Below, piece after piece: positions 18,669 through 26,263 of a stretch of DNA of 64,000 nt. The notes beneath the pieces were generated by a model, which searched no databases, was not told where the DNA came from, and was given only the letters and a program-made list of their open reading frames with translations. The stretch is from the NCBI GenBank assembly GCA_025453395.1, contig JALOQK010000003.1, positions 18,711 through 82,710 on the forward strand, written 5' to 3'. The stretch is from Candidatus Omnitrophota bacterium. GTDB taxonomy: Bacteria > Omnitrophota > Gorgyraeia > Gygaellales > Profunditerraquicolaceae. The stretch's first letter is position 1, and each line of letters opens with the position of its first letter. A program made the position numbers and the translations under genes.

Positions 18669-20191
18669 GATTTTCCTTTAAGTGCAGCCCAAATAAACCC
18701 AAGCAAGGCAAAAATAGACATAAACTCTAATCTTCCCGCCCACATCTGCAGGATATAGGTAATCTTTAATCCTGCGGGCATGTCGACACTTGTAATGCCG
18801 CAGGATAAGCCCACGTTGGCTGCCGCGGAAGCGGATTCAAACAAAGATTCCAGAAACCCATAACCGTAAAACATGGCGATTAGCGACCCTAAAAAATAGA
18901 GCGCCAAGTATGACACCGTAATCAAAAAAACCGAACGCACCTGTTTATCTTCCAAAAACAAATCTTTAATGTGATGCACTTTTTGCATGATTACCGCGCG
19001 CTCCGGAACGATAATCCTTTTAATATCCTGCCAGAGCGCCTTAAAAATTATTCCGACACGAAGTATCTTTATCCCCCCGGTAGTAGAGCATATCGCGCCA
19101 CCCAGCATCATTGCTAAGACTAAACCCGTCAAGGCCAGATCATTCCACTGGGCCTTAAACTGCGCGGGATAAATAGTCATAAATCCGGTTCCTGTGTGCC
19201 CGGAAATAATCTGATAGAATCCTTTTCTAAAAAGCATTATTGCCGAAGGATAACTCGCATCTTTAAAAAGCCCCGCGCAGGAAATCCCAAAAACAGCTAA
19301 AATAGTTATGGTTAATACGCGCATTTCAATATTACGGTATACCTCGCGCCAATTACCAGTCCAAACATAGTAATGCAATTTAAAATTAATCGCGCCTAAA
19401 AACATTATTACTATTGTTATTACTTCTATGGAAAAGCTGTGGTAATAAAGGATGTTCTGCGATTGCGGAGCAAACCCTCCGGTGTCAAAGGCGGCCATAA
19501 AAAGGCAGGCGCCATGGAAAAAGGCATTTACGGGCTTGATCCCCTCTAATATGCCAACAAACCCGATGGCAAGCGTGCCCAAAACCAGATATACGATGCT
19601 GACCAGCCAAATAAATCTGGCGGTGCCAATGACATTGGGCAGCACCTTCTCATCGCGGGCCTCTCCTACATACATTTTGAATGCCCCGGAGATGCCTTTC
19701 ACCAAAAAGGATAACGCGACAATGGCAATGCCCTGGCCTCCGATAAACATAATTAAATGCCGCCAGAAATTATGCGCGTAAGAAAGCTTATCCATGCCCT
19801 GCGCCAATGATAACCCGGTCGTGGCAAAACCAGACATACTATCAAAGACAGCGTCTAGGAAACTATGCCAATGCCCGCTTAAGAATAAAGGCAGCGCCCC
19901 AAATAAACTAGCCGCCCCCCAGGCAAGAGAAACCACGATCATCCCCTGCATCCAGGTTAAATCTTCCTCGCTGTAACAAATAAGCGACAACAAATACCCA
20001 AAAAGCATGGTCACGGAAAAACTGATCAGAAAATCAAGGGTGGGGTTTTTTTCTTTAAAGACAACCGCGACAACCAGCGGCAGGATAAAGGTCATGCCAA
20101 GCCCAAGAATGACCTTGCCTAAATAGTAGCCTATATTTTTAATATCTTGTAATACCGGGCGAAGTATCATTTTAAATAAAGAATAAAACAT
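18665..20191 (-). CDS. trkH: Trk/Ktr-type potassium uptake membrane subunit
   Basis: 508 aa polytopic protein with a repeated selectivity-filter-like motif (MSGFATTGLSL). It lies next to two trkA genes. Confidence 0.85.
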   Translation of the reverse strand: MFYSLFKMILRPVLQDIKNIGYYLGKVILGLGMTFILPLVVAVVFKEKNPTLDFLISFSVTMLFGYLLSLICYSEEDLTWMQGMIVVSLAWGAASLFGALPLFLSGHWHSFLDAVFDSMSGFATTGLSLAQGMDKLSYAHNFWRHLIMFIGGQGIAIVALSFLVKGISGAFKMYVGEARDEKVLPNVIGTARFIWLVSIVYLVLGTLAIGFVGILEGIKPVNAFFHGACLFMAAFDTGGFAPQSQNILYYHSFSIEVITIVIMFLGAINFKLHYYVWTGNWREVYRNIEMRVLTITILAVFGISCAGLFKDASYPSAIMLFRKGFYQIISGHTGTGFMTIYPAQFKAQWNDLALTGLVLAMMLGGAICSTTGGIKILRVGIIFKALWQDIKRIIVPERAVIMQKVHHIKDLFLEDKQVRSVFLITVSYLALYFLGSLIAMFYGYGFLESLFESASAAANVGLSCGITSVDMPAGLKITYILQMWAGRLEFMSIFALLGFIWAALKGKS

Positions 20192-20286
20192 ATTCCCGCG
20201 GCAATGGCCATAACGAATAAGGCAAAAGCCACTTCAGTAGCCATCCCGACAATAGCGTTTTTAAAAGTAGTCAATCTCATAAAGAA

Positions 20287-20949
20287 TTATAAGTTACCTA
20301 CTAACAGGTTCACCAGCTGCGGCTCATTGCCGATAACCGTAATGGCGATAATATCATCTCCGGGAAGAAGAACGGTGTTTCCTTTGGGAATAATTACTTC
20401 TTCGCCTCTGACGATAGAAACCAAAACCGCGTCTTTAGGCAATTGTATCTGGTGAAGCTGTTTATTGATGACAGGAGAATCTTTGGGCAGGTCAACGCGC
20501 ACAATAGCTAGCTTCCCGCGCTTAAAACTCATCAAGTTGACAAAATCAGAGAAAGAAACCTCCTCTTCAATGATCTTGGCGATTATCTTGGTGGAATCAA
20601 TGGGCACGTCCACGCCCAACTCAAAAAAGGTATGCTCATTATCAGGGTTGTTGACTCTGGCGACGGTGCGCCCGACATTAAAACGCTCTTTAACAAGCTG
20701 ACAGATGATTAAATTATCTTCGTCTTCTCCGGTAACAGCCGCCACAACATCGGCCCTGCCCGATCCTGCTTCTTCTAATATGTTCTGGTCACAACCATCT
20801 CCGTTTATAACCAAGACATCCAGATCTTTAGCTATCTCTTCGCAAATCTCGCGGTTTTTATCCACCAAAATTATGGTATGCTTAGCCAAAGACATTTTCT
20901 TGGCCAAAAAATACCCTACTTTCCCAGCCCCCACAATCACGATATACAT
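20287..20949 (-). CDS. trkA: Trk system NAD-binding regulatory subunit (TrkA_N + TrkA_C)
   Basis: 220 aa with a Rossmann motif (IVIVGAGKVG) and a C-terminal RCK_C domain. Confidence 0.8.
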   Translation of the reverse strand: MYIVIVGAGKVGYFLAKKMSLAKHTIILVDKNREICEEIAKDLDVLVINGDGCDQNILEEAGSGRADVVAAVTGEDEDNLIICQLVKERFNVGRTVARVNNPDNEHTFFELGVDVPIDSTKIIAKIIEEEVSFSDFVNLMSFKRGKLAIVRVDLPKDSPVINKQLHQIQLPKDAVLVSIVRGEEVIIPKGNTVLLPGDDIIAITVIGNEPQLVNLLVGNL

Positions 20950-20964
20950 AATATGCTCTTATCT

Positions 20965-21609
20965 TTAAACGCCAAACCTATCTTTAATTTTCTTTAAGCT
21001 GGAAACCTTGACCACCGCCATCAAAGAATCTTTTGGTTTTAAAACAGTGCCGGGCTGCGGGATGATTACTCCATCTACCCTTCTTATCGCCACAACCAGT
21101 ATATCCGGCGGATCGTTTATTTCCTGAACGGATTTTCCCACAAGGCTATCCTTGGCCTCAATTTCCAACACACCCAACTCTTTGGTTTCGATAAGATAGC
21201 TTGAAAAACGGCTTTCAATGATCTTATCGCGCAGCATAGACGCAAAAAGCACTGTCCCGCTTATGATATCCAAGCCTAAATAAGCGTAGATATTCGCCCG
21301 ATTAGGATCGTATACCCGGGCAAAAACCTTGGGGATTTTAAAAATTCTCTTAGCTACTTGAGCGCAAATAAGGTTGGTATTGTCGCCGTTTGTTACCGCG
21401 CAGAAGGCGTCGCTTTTTTCAATGCCGGCTTGTTTTAAAAGGTCTAGATCAAACCCGTTGCCGCTTAAGGTCAGGCCGTTAAAAGCATTGCCTAAACGCT
21501 CAAAGGAAGATTGGCTTTTATCTATAACCACTACATTGTGGCCTTCATTGGAGAGAAGTTTTGCAAGTTGCGAGCCGACCCGGCCACAGCCCACAATAAT
21601 TATATACAT
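20965..21609 (-). CDS. trkA: second Trk NAD-binding regulatory subunit (TrkA_N + TrkA_C)
   Basis: 214 aa with IIIVGCGRVGSQLA and an RCK_C domain. It is a paralogue of the adjacent gene. Confidence 0.8.
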   Translation of the reverse strand: MYIIIVGCGRVGSQLAKLLSNEGHNVVVIDKSQSSFERLGNAFNGLTLSGNGFDLDLLKQAGIEKSDAFCAVTNGDNTNLICAQVAKRIFKIPKVFARVYDPNRANIYAYLGLDIISGTVLFASMLRDKIIESRFSSYLIETKELGVLEIEAKDSLVGKSVQEINDPPDILVVAIRRVDGVIIPQPGTVLKPKDSLMAVVKVSSLKKIKDRFGV

Positions 21610-21611
21610 GC

Positions 21612-21962
21612 CTATCCTTTTTTGGCGATTTCCATAAGCTTATTGAACGCTGGGAGATTATTAACCGCCAACTCTGCGATAATCTTTCTGTCCAAAGTGA
21701 TTTTTGCTTTTTTAAGGGCGTTCATAAACTTGCTGTAGGTGATCCCGTTTTCGCGGCAAGCGGCATTGATGCGCACGATCCAAAGGGAGCGGATCAACCG
21801 TTTTTTATTCCTGCGGTCGCGGTAGGCGTATTTTAAAGCATGCATCAGGGCCCTGCGCGCCTGCTGATACTGCTTGCTCCGGTCGCCGAAAAAACCTTTG
21901 GCGCTTTTTAATGTGCGGGTCTTTCTTCTTCTGGTAGCTTGGCTATGTTTAACTTTTGGCAT
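21612..21962 (-). CDS. rplT: 50S ribosomal protein L20
   Basis: 116 aa: MPKVKHSQATRRRKTRTLKSAKGFFG... Confidence 0.95.
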   Translation of the reverse strand: MPKVKHSQATRRRKTRTLKSAKGFFGDRSKQYQQARRALMHALKYAYRDRRNKKRLIRSLWIVRINAACRENGITYSKFMNALKKAKITLDRKIIAELAVNNLPAFNKLMEIAKKG

Positions 21963-21983
21963 TTTTACTCCTCTTGTATTGCT

Positions 21984-22184
21984 TTAGGCATAGGGCATCA
22001 TTCTTCTTAAATATTTCTTTTCCGGGGCCCCGTCAATAGTCTTGGCCCTTCTTAAAGAACGGATGCGTTTTGTTTTTTTGTTAGTCGCCAGGTGGCTTTT
22101 CCCTCCGGCATAATATTTTATTTTTCCTGTTTTAGAGCGTTTGAATCTTTTCATTACCCCTTTTTTACTTTTAAGTTTGGGCAT
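21984..22184 (-). CDS. rpmI: 50S ribosomal protein L35
   Basis: 66 aa: MPKLKSKKGVMKRFKRSKTGKIKYYAGGKSHL... Confidence 0.9.
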   Translation of the reverse strand: MPKLKSKKGVMKRFKRSKTGKIKYYAGGKSHLATNKKTKRIRSLRRAKTIDGAPEKKYLRRMMPYA

Positions 22185-22211
22185 ATCTTTGGCCTCTCAT
22201 TCTTATATTGG

Positions 22212-22718
22212 TTATTTCGGAGCAAGCACCAGTGAAATAATCCTGCCTTCTAAACTTGGCTCTTTTTCCATCACCGCGTCGTTCTTTGTATCGACGACGA
22301 ATTTATCCAGAATTTTTCTTCCTAAGTCCATATGTTCCATTTGCCTGCCGCGGAAGAAAAGATTAACCTTAACTTTGTCTTTTTTCTGCAAAAACGCGAT
22401 TACCTGCCTTAACTTGGTCTGATAATCGTGTTCATTGATATTTGGCTTAACGCGTATCTCTTTTAAATGCGTCAGCTTCTGGTGTTTCTTGGCCTCGCGC
22501 TCTTTTTTCTCCTGGTCATATTTGAATTTACTAAAATCCATTACCCTGCAAACAGGCGGAACAGAAGCTGGAGCAACTTCCACTAAGTCTAAATCGCTTT
22601 GGTTGGCAATTTCAAGCGCCCGGTTAGTAGCCATAATCCCTAATTGATTTCCTTCTGAGCCAATAACTCTTACCTGCGAGACGCGGATTTTTTCGTTAAC
22701 GCGAATAAATTTCTTTAT
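22212..22718 (-). CDS. infC: translation initiation factor IF-3, initiating at a non-canonical AUA codon
   Basis: The track ORF (from M at 22634) lacks the conserved IF3 N-terminus. Extending 28 codons upstream in frame gives IKKFIRVNEKIRVSQVRVIGSEGNQLGIMATNRALEIANQ... with no intervening stop. The start is ATA at 22716-22718, 5 nt after a GGAGG. This resembles the autoregulated AUU start of E. coli infC. Confidence 0.8.
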   Translation of the reverse strand: MKKFIRVNEKIRVSQVRVIGSEGNQLGIMATNRALEIANQSDLDLVEVAPASVPPVCRVMDFSKFKYDQEKKEREAKKHQKLTHLKEIRVKPNINEHDYQTKLRQVIAFLQKKDKVKVNLFFRGRQMEHMDLGRKILDKFVVDTKNDAVMEKEPSLEGRIISLVLAPK

Positions 22719-22736
22719 AGCAACCTCCTTGGTGTT

Positions 22737-24455
22737 TTACTGCTTGTTATTAATTTGTTCTTTGATTTTTATGATAAAATCCGCCAAGCTCATCGCGCCT
22801 AAATCTTTTTGCCCTCTCTGCCTGACAGAAACCTGCTTTTGTTCCTCTTCCCGCGCTCCTATAACCAGAATATAAGGGACCTTTTCCACTTCTTTCTGGC
22901 GGATGCGCTTATTTAAAGTTTCACTTCCAGAAACCAGTTCCGCGCGCAAAGAAATTTCTTCAAGCGCGCGTTTGACTTCTTGAGCATAACCTTCAAATAC
23001 CGCGTTAATCGGAACAATGGCTACCTGCACCGGCGCCAGCCACACCGGGAAAGCGCCAGCATAATGTTCGACAAGCGCGCCTAAGAATCTCTCTAAGCTA
23101 CCCAATAAGACGCGATGCAGCATGACCGGCTGCTTGGCCTGGCCATCCTGGTCTATATATTCTAAATTAAAGCGCTTAGGCAGCGCAAAATCACATTGTA
23201 TGGTAGCACATTGCCATTGCCGTTTCAAGGCATCTTTTAGCTTAATATCTATCTTTGGGCCATAAAAGGCTCCATCACCGGCATTAATAGTATAGGCCAG
23301 GCCTTTTTCCTTAAGCGCGTTCTCCAATCCTGCTGTTGCCTTGTCCCAATCTCCTTGCGTTCCGATAAATTTTTCCGGCTGGGTGCTTAATTCAATCTGT
23401 ATATCTGAAAATCCAAAGTCCTTCATGGTGTCAAAGACAAAATCTATGACCTTTTGAATCTCATCTTTGAGCTGTTCTGGCAGGCAAAAGATGTGCGCGT
23501 CATCTTGAGTAAACCCGCGCACGCGCAAAAGACCGTGCAAAACCCCTGCCTTCTCATGGCGATAAACTGTTCCCTGCTCAAAAAGCCGTAACGGCAAGTC
23601 GCGATAACTTCTGGTCTTGGATTTATAAATCAAAATATGCCCCGGACAATTCATCGGCTTTAAAACAAATTCTTTTTCCTCAATCTTAAAACAATACATG
23701 TTCTGCCGGTAATAATCATAATGCCCTGAGGTCTGCCAAAGGCCTGACTGCATAATATGCGGAGTCAAGACCATTTGATACCCGCGCGCCAAATGCGCGT
23801 TTTTCTCGTAATCTTCAATGATCCGGCGAAGAATTGCCCCCTTAGGCAAATAAAATACCAAGCCCGGGCCGGCATCTTCATAAAAGATATCGAAGAGCTC
23901 TAGCTGGGGCCCTAGCTTTCGATGGTCGCGCTTTTTCGCTTCTTCTAAATTCTTGAGATGTTCGTCTAATTCTTTTTGCGTCTGGAAGCAGGTGCCATAA
24001 ATCCTCTGCAGCATGGGGTTGGTTTCAATACCATGCCAATACGCACCTGCCACTGACAATAATTTAAAGGCCTTAATCTGCCCGGTTGAATCTATGTGCG
24101 GGCCGCGGCATAAATCTACGAAACTATTTCCTGTTTTGTAAATAGAGACCTTGTCCACATTCAAAGCCTTAATCAATTCCACCTTGTAATCTTCTTTACG
24201 CTGTTCAAAGAACTTTATTGCCTCAGCCGTATTTAATTCTTCTCTTATAAAAGGCTCATTCTTGGCAATGATCCGGCGCATAGATTCTTCGATCTTGGCC
24301 AAATCATCGTCGGTAAACGGCTCTTTTTTATCAAAATCATAATAAAACCCGTCCTCAATAGCCGGACCGATAGTAACCTTCGCCTGCGGCCAAAGCTCTT
24401 TTACCGCTTGGGCCATTACGTGAGAACAGGAATGCCGTAAAACCGATATGTCCAT
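22737..24455 (-). CDS. thrS: threonyl-tRNA synthetase (short form lacking the N-terminal TGS domain)
   Basis: 572 aa with class II catalytic and anticodon-binding domains. It starts within the second N-terminal domain (MDISVLRHSCSHVMAQA). The thrS-infC-rpmI-rplT order is conserved. Confidence 0.9.
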   Translation of the reverse strand: MDISVLRHSCSHVMAQAVKELWPQAKVTIGPAIEDGFYYDFDKKEPFTDDDLAKIEESMRRIIAKNEPFIREELNTAEAIKFFEQRKEDYKVELIKALNVDKVSIYKTGNSFVDLCRGPHIDSTGQIKAFKLLSVAGAYWHGIETNPMLQRIYGTCFQTQKELDEHLKNLEEAKKRDHRKLGPQLELFDIFYEDAGPGLVFYLPKGAILRRIIEDYEKNAHLARGYQMVLTPHIMQSGLWQTSGHYDYYRQNMYCFKIEEKEFVLKPMNCPGHILIYKSKTRSYRDLPLRLFEQGTVYRHEKAGVLHGLLRVRGFTQDDAHIFCLPEQLKDEIQKVIDFVFDTMKDFGFSDIQIELSTQPEKFIGTQGDWDKATAGLENALKEKGLAYTINAGDGAFYGPKIDIKLKDALKRQWQCATIQCDFALPKRFNLEYIDQDGQAKQPVMLHRVLLGSLERFLGALVEHYAGAFPVWLAPVQVAIVPINAVFEGYAQEVKRALEEISLRAELVSGSETLNKRIRQKEVEKVPYILVIGAREEEQKQVSVRQRGQKDLGAMSLADFIIKIKEQINNKQ

Positions 24456-24564
24456 AATAACTTTTCCTTAGCGTAAAGCTAAAAGCGCAAAATTAAAAAC
24501 CAAAATTAAAAATTTAAAGCTTTTTGGTTTTACGCTTTTCGCTTTACACTTTACGCTTTTTAAA
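24456..24564 (-). promoter_or_regulatory. thrS 5' leader with a long imperfect inverted repeat built from GTAAAG-type repeats
   Basis: Sense strand: aagcgtaaagtgtaaagcgaaaagcgtaaaacc, then a loop containing AAAGCTTT, then ggtttttaattttgcgcttttagctttacgct, then an AAGGAAAAG RBS and the ATG. No T-box motif was seen. Confidence 0.35.
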
Positions 24565-24641
24565 TGGTGGGCCCAAGAGGACTTGAACCTCTGGCCTTTG
24601 CGATGTCAACGCAACGCTCTAACCAACTGAGCTATGAGCCC
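24565..24641 (-). tRNA. tRNA-Val (anticodon GAC), CCA encoded
   Basis: Reverse complement GGGCTCATAGCTCAGTTGGTTAGAGCGTTGCGTTGACATCGCAAAGGCCAGAGGTTCAAGTCCTCTTGGGCCCACCA folds as a cloverleaf. The anticodon loop TTGACAT gives GAC. Confidence 0.85.
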
Positions 24642-24652
24642 TTGAACACCAA

Positions 24653-24782
24653 AATGTATCCGCCGAAGGCGGAAATTCAGTGAAACCTCGATGAGTGTGC
24701 CGAAATTTTAATTTTGAAAATTTCGGCACATCTTACGCATCGAGGCAACCTTCCAATGTATCCGCCGAAGGCGGAAATTCAG
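24653..24782 (-). repeat. composite structured repeat: two 28-nt direct repeats, each with a C(UUCG)G tetraloop hairpin, flanking a long hairpin
   Basis: DR aatgtatccgccgaaggcggaaattcag at 24653-24680 and 24755-24782 (sense strand: CTGAATTTCCGCC-TTCG-GGCGGATACATT). Between them, cctcgatg/catcgagg (24686-24693/24738-24745) encloses a 14 bp perfect IR tgtgccgaaatttt/aaaatttcggcaca (24696-24709/24717-24730). Confidence 0.5.
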
Positions 24783-24847
24783 CGAAACTCCGAGTTATAT
24801 CAATCCGCTTGCGGCGGATAGCTGTTAAAAACCGCTTCGTTAAAATT

Positions 24848-25048
24848 TTATTTTGATTCCCCTTTTTCAATGGCCTGGCTTCGAGCATTAAAGTTAGCTT
24901 GCGCCTGCCATGCCATCCATATCAACAATGCCAAGAAGACCACATTGGATATAAATACAAATTTACTCTTTTTGACCGTGTCGCGGATACCACGACGAAT
25001 AAAAATATGCAACACCAACACAAATATTAACGGAACAATTAAAGTCAT
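24848..25048 (-). CDS. hypothetical small membrane protein (2 predicted TM helices)
   Basis: 66 aa ORF between tRNA-Val and tRNA-Leu. It is hydrophobic (LIVPLIFVLVLHIF...FLALLIWMAW) and has no clear RBS. Confidence 0.25.
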   Translation of the reverse strand: MTLIVPLIFVLVLHIFIRRGIRDTVKKSKFVFISNVVFLALLIWMAWQAQANFNARSQAIEKGESK

Positions 25049-25086
25049 ACTTACATTGCCGCTGCTGTATCCTCGTTAAAATTTAA

Positions 25087-25169
25087 TGGGCAGGGAGGGA
25101 GTTGAACCCTCACGCTCTTGCAAGCGGGAGATTTTAAGTCTCCATTGTCTGCCATTCCAACACCTGCCC
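25087..25169 (-). tRNA. tRNA-Leu (anticodon TAA), type II with long variable arm, no encoded CCA
   Basis: Reverse complement GGGCAGGTGTTGGAATGGCAGACAATGGAGACTTAAAATCTCCCGCTTGCAAGAGCGTGAGGGTTCAACTCCCTCCCTGCCCA. The anticodon loop CTTAAAA gives TAA. Confidence 0.8.
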
Positions 25170-25188
25170 AAAATTTTTAAGAACAAAG

Positions 25189-25845
25189 CTAAATAACTGT
25201 TTTACTCTTACCCCAGCCCACAGATGCATTAATGCATTCTTGGGCTAATTTTATTTTTCTTTCCAAACCAAAACAGTTTTTATAATAACATTGCGCAACA
25301 ATTTTTCTTGCAGCCATTTTGCCATATTTCAACACCCACACATTGCCTGCACTCTTGTGCGTCCTGCCTCGGGCCAACAATAATTTCTCTACTGTACTCC
25401 TTAACCAATGAATAAATTTTGGAGAGCCGGAATAAATTCTTAAACTCCACTGCTCTCTATTATTAGATGGATGCACCCAGCTACGGATACTTCCGTCTCC
25501 ATCAATTAAGCCGCGCAAGAAATCAACAAAGAACTTTTCAGGAACATCCAGATTACCTAAACTTAAAGACTTATTCGGCTTTAATCCTATTGCAACTAAA
25601 AATTCATAAAGGTTCTTATTTGAGAATTGTAAATAATAAGCCTGATTAGGCCTTTCTTTATTTTTAGTTCCGATTTTATTCTTCAAGCCTAGGGCATTTT
25701 TTAATTTATCCAGAAACCCATAATCTTTAGAAGTAATATCTATGTGCCTTTTATCCCCGGATAGACAGCCGTCGCTTGTAACCAACCCCACTAAATACCA
25801 AAGATCAGATCCGCCGATATTTAATTCTTTTCTTTTATTCGGCAT
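25189..25845 (-). CDS. single-chain LAGLIDADG homing endonuclease (two LAGLIDADG motifs), free-standing between tRNA genes
   Basis: 218 aa intact ORF with motif 1 LWYLVGLVTSDGCL and motif 2 FLRGLIDGDGSI about 95 residues apart, which is double-motif monomeric architecture. It is not embedded in an obviously interrupted host gene: the flanking tRNA-Leu and tRNA-Cys are intact. Confidence 0.7.
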   Translation of the reverse strand: MPNKRKELNIGGSDLWYLVGLVTSDGCLSGDKRHIDITSKDYGFLDKLKNALGLKNKIGTKNKERPNQAYYLQFSNKNLYEFLVAIGLKPNKSLSLGNLDVPEKFFVDFLRGLIDGDGSIRSWVHPSNNREQWSLRIYSGSPKFIHWLRSTVEKLLLARGRTHKSAGNVWVLKYGKMAARKIVAQCYYKNCFGLERKIKLAQECINASVGWGKSKTVI

Positions 25846-26187
25846 GCAACTTTACCTCAGATACTCCGCTCGCTATTTTGTTTGTCGCCCCTTGCCTAAA
25901 CGCTTGTAAATTTTCTAACCGTAGTATTCCAGATACTCCGCTCGCTACTCGGCTTGTCGCAAAACTTAAGTTTTTGCCCCTCGCCAAAGCACTCGAAAAT
26001 TCTTTCGCCTCGCTCAATAATTTTCTTCGCTGGCTTCGGGGTGAATTTCCATACTGGCGATAGCGAGGAAATTCTAAGGCGACGAGCGGATTCTCCCGAC
26101 GTTCACCTTCGGTTCAGTCGGGATCCCGCTGTATTTTACAAGTCGTGCGGGAGAACCGCTGTTACCGCTATTTAAAAAGAACTCTAA
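25846..26187 (-). other. about 340 bp structured non-coding region upstream of the LAGLIDADG ORF with two 18-nt direct repeats
   Basis: DR cagatactccgctcgcta at 25858-25875 and 25930-25947. Multiple stem-loops on the sense strand, e.g. CTCCCGC...GCGGGA and CCCGAC-tgaaccgaaggtgaac-GTCGGG. No long ORF on the tRNA strand. Confidence 0.3.
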
Positions 26188-26259
26188 AGGCGTGGACCGG
26201 ATTTGAACCGGTGAATAACTGTTTTGCAGACAGTTGCCTTACCGCTTGGCTACCACGCC
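26188..26259 (-). tRNA. tRNA-Cys (anticodon GCA), no encoded CCA
   Basis: Reverse complement GGCGTGGTAGCCAAGCGGTAAGGCAACTGTCTGCAAAACAGTTATTCACCGGTTCAAATCCGGTCCACGCCT. The anticodon loop CTGCAAA gives GCA. Confidence 0.8.
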
Positions 26260-26263
26260 AAAA

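Noticed and set aside
20167-20280. 37 aa hydrophobic mini-ORF (MRLTTFKNAIVGMATEVAFALFVMAIAAGICFILYLK) between trkA and trkH
   Set aside because: Tempting as a KdpF-like accessory peptide, but it has no SD. Its 3' end overlaps the trkH start out of frame, and there is no conservation evidence. Left as a note only.
24456-24564. Possible T-box riboswitch in the thrS leader
   Set aside because: No T-box consensus (AATTAGGGTGGNACCGCG-like) and no specifier-loop architecture. The leader is instead a long AT-rich imperfect hairpin built from GTAAAG repeats.
25835-26175. 60 to 73 aa ORFs on both strands in the LAGLIDADG 5' flank
   Set aside because: They overlap each other and the repeat and hairpin elements. 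No RBS. The region is more likely RNA-structural than coding.
24640-26260. CRISPR array or integrase-type mobile element at the tRNA cluster
   Set aside because: The repeats are few (2 copies), not regularly spaced, and no cas or integrase gene is present. The only mobile-type gene is the LAGLIDADG endonuclease.
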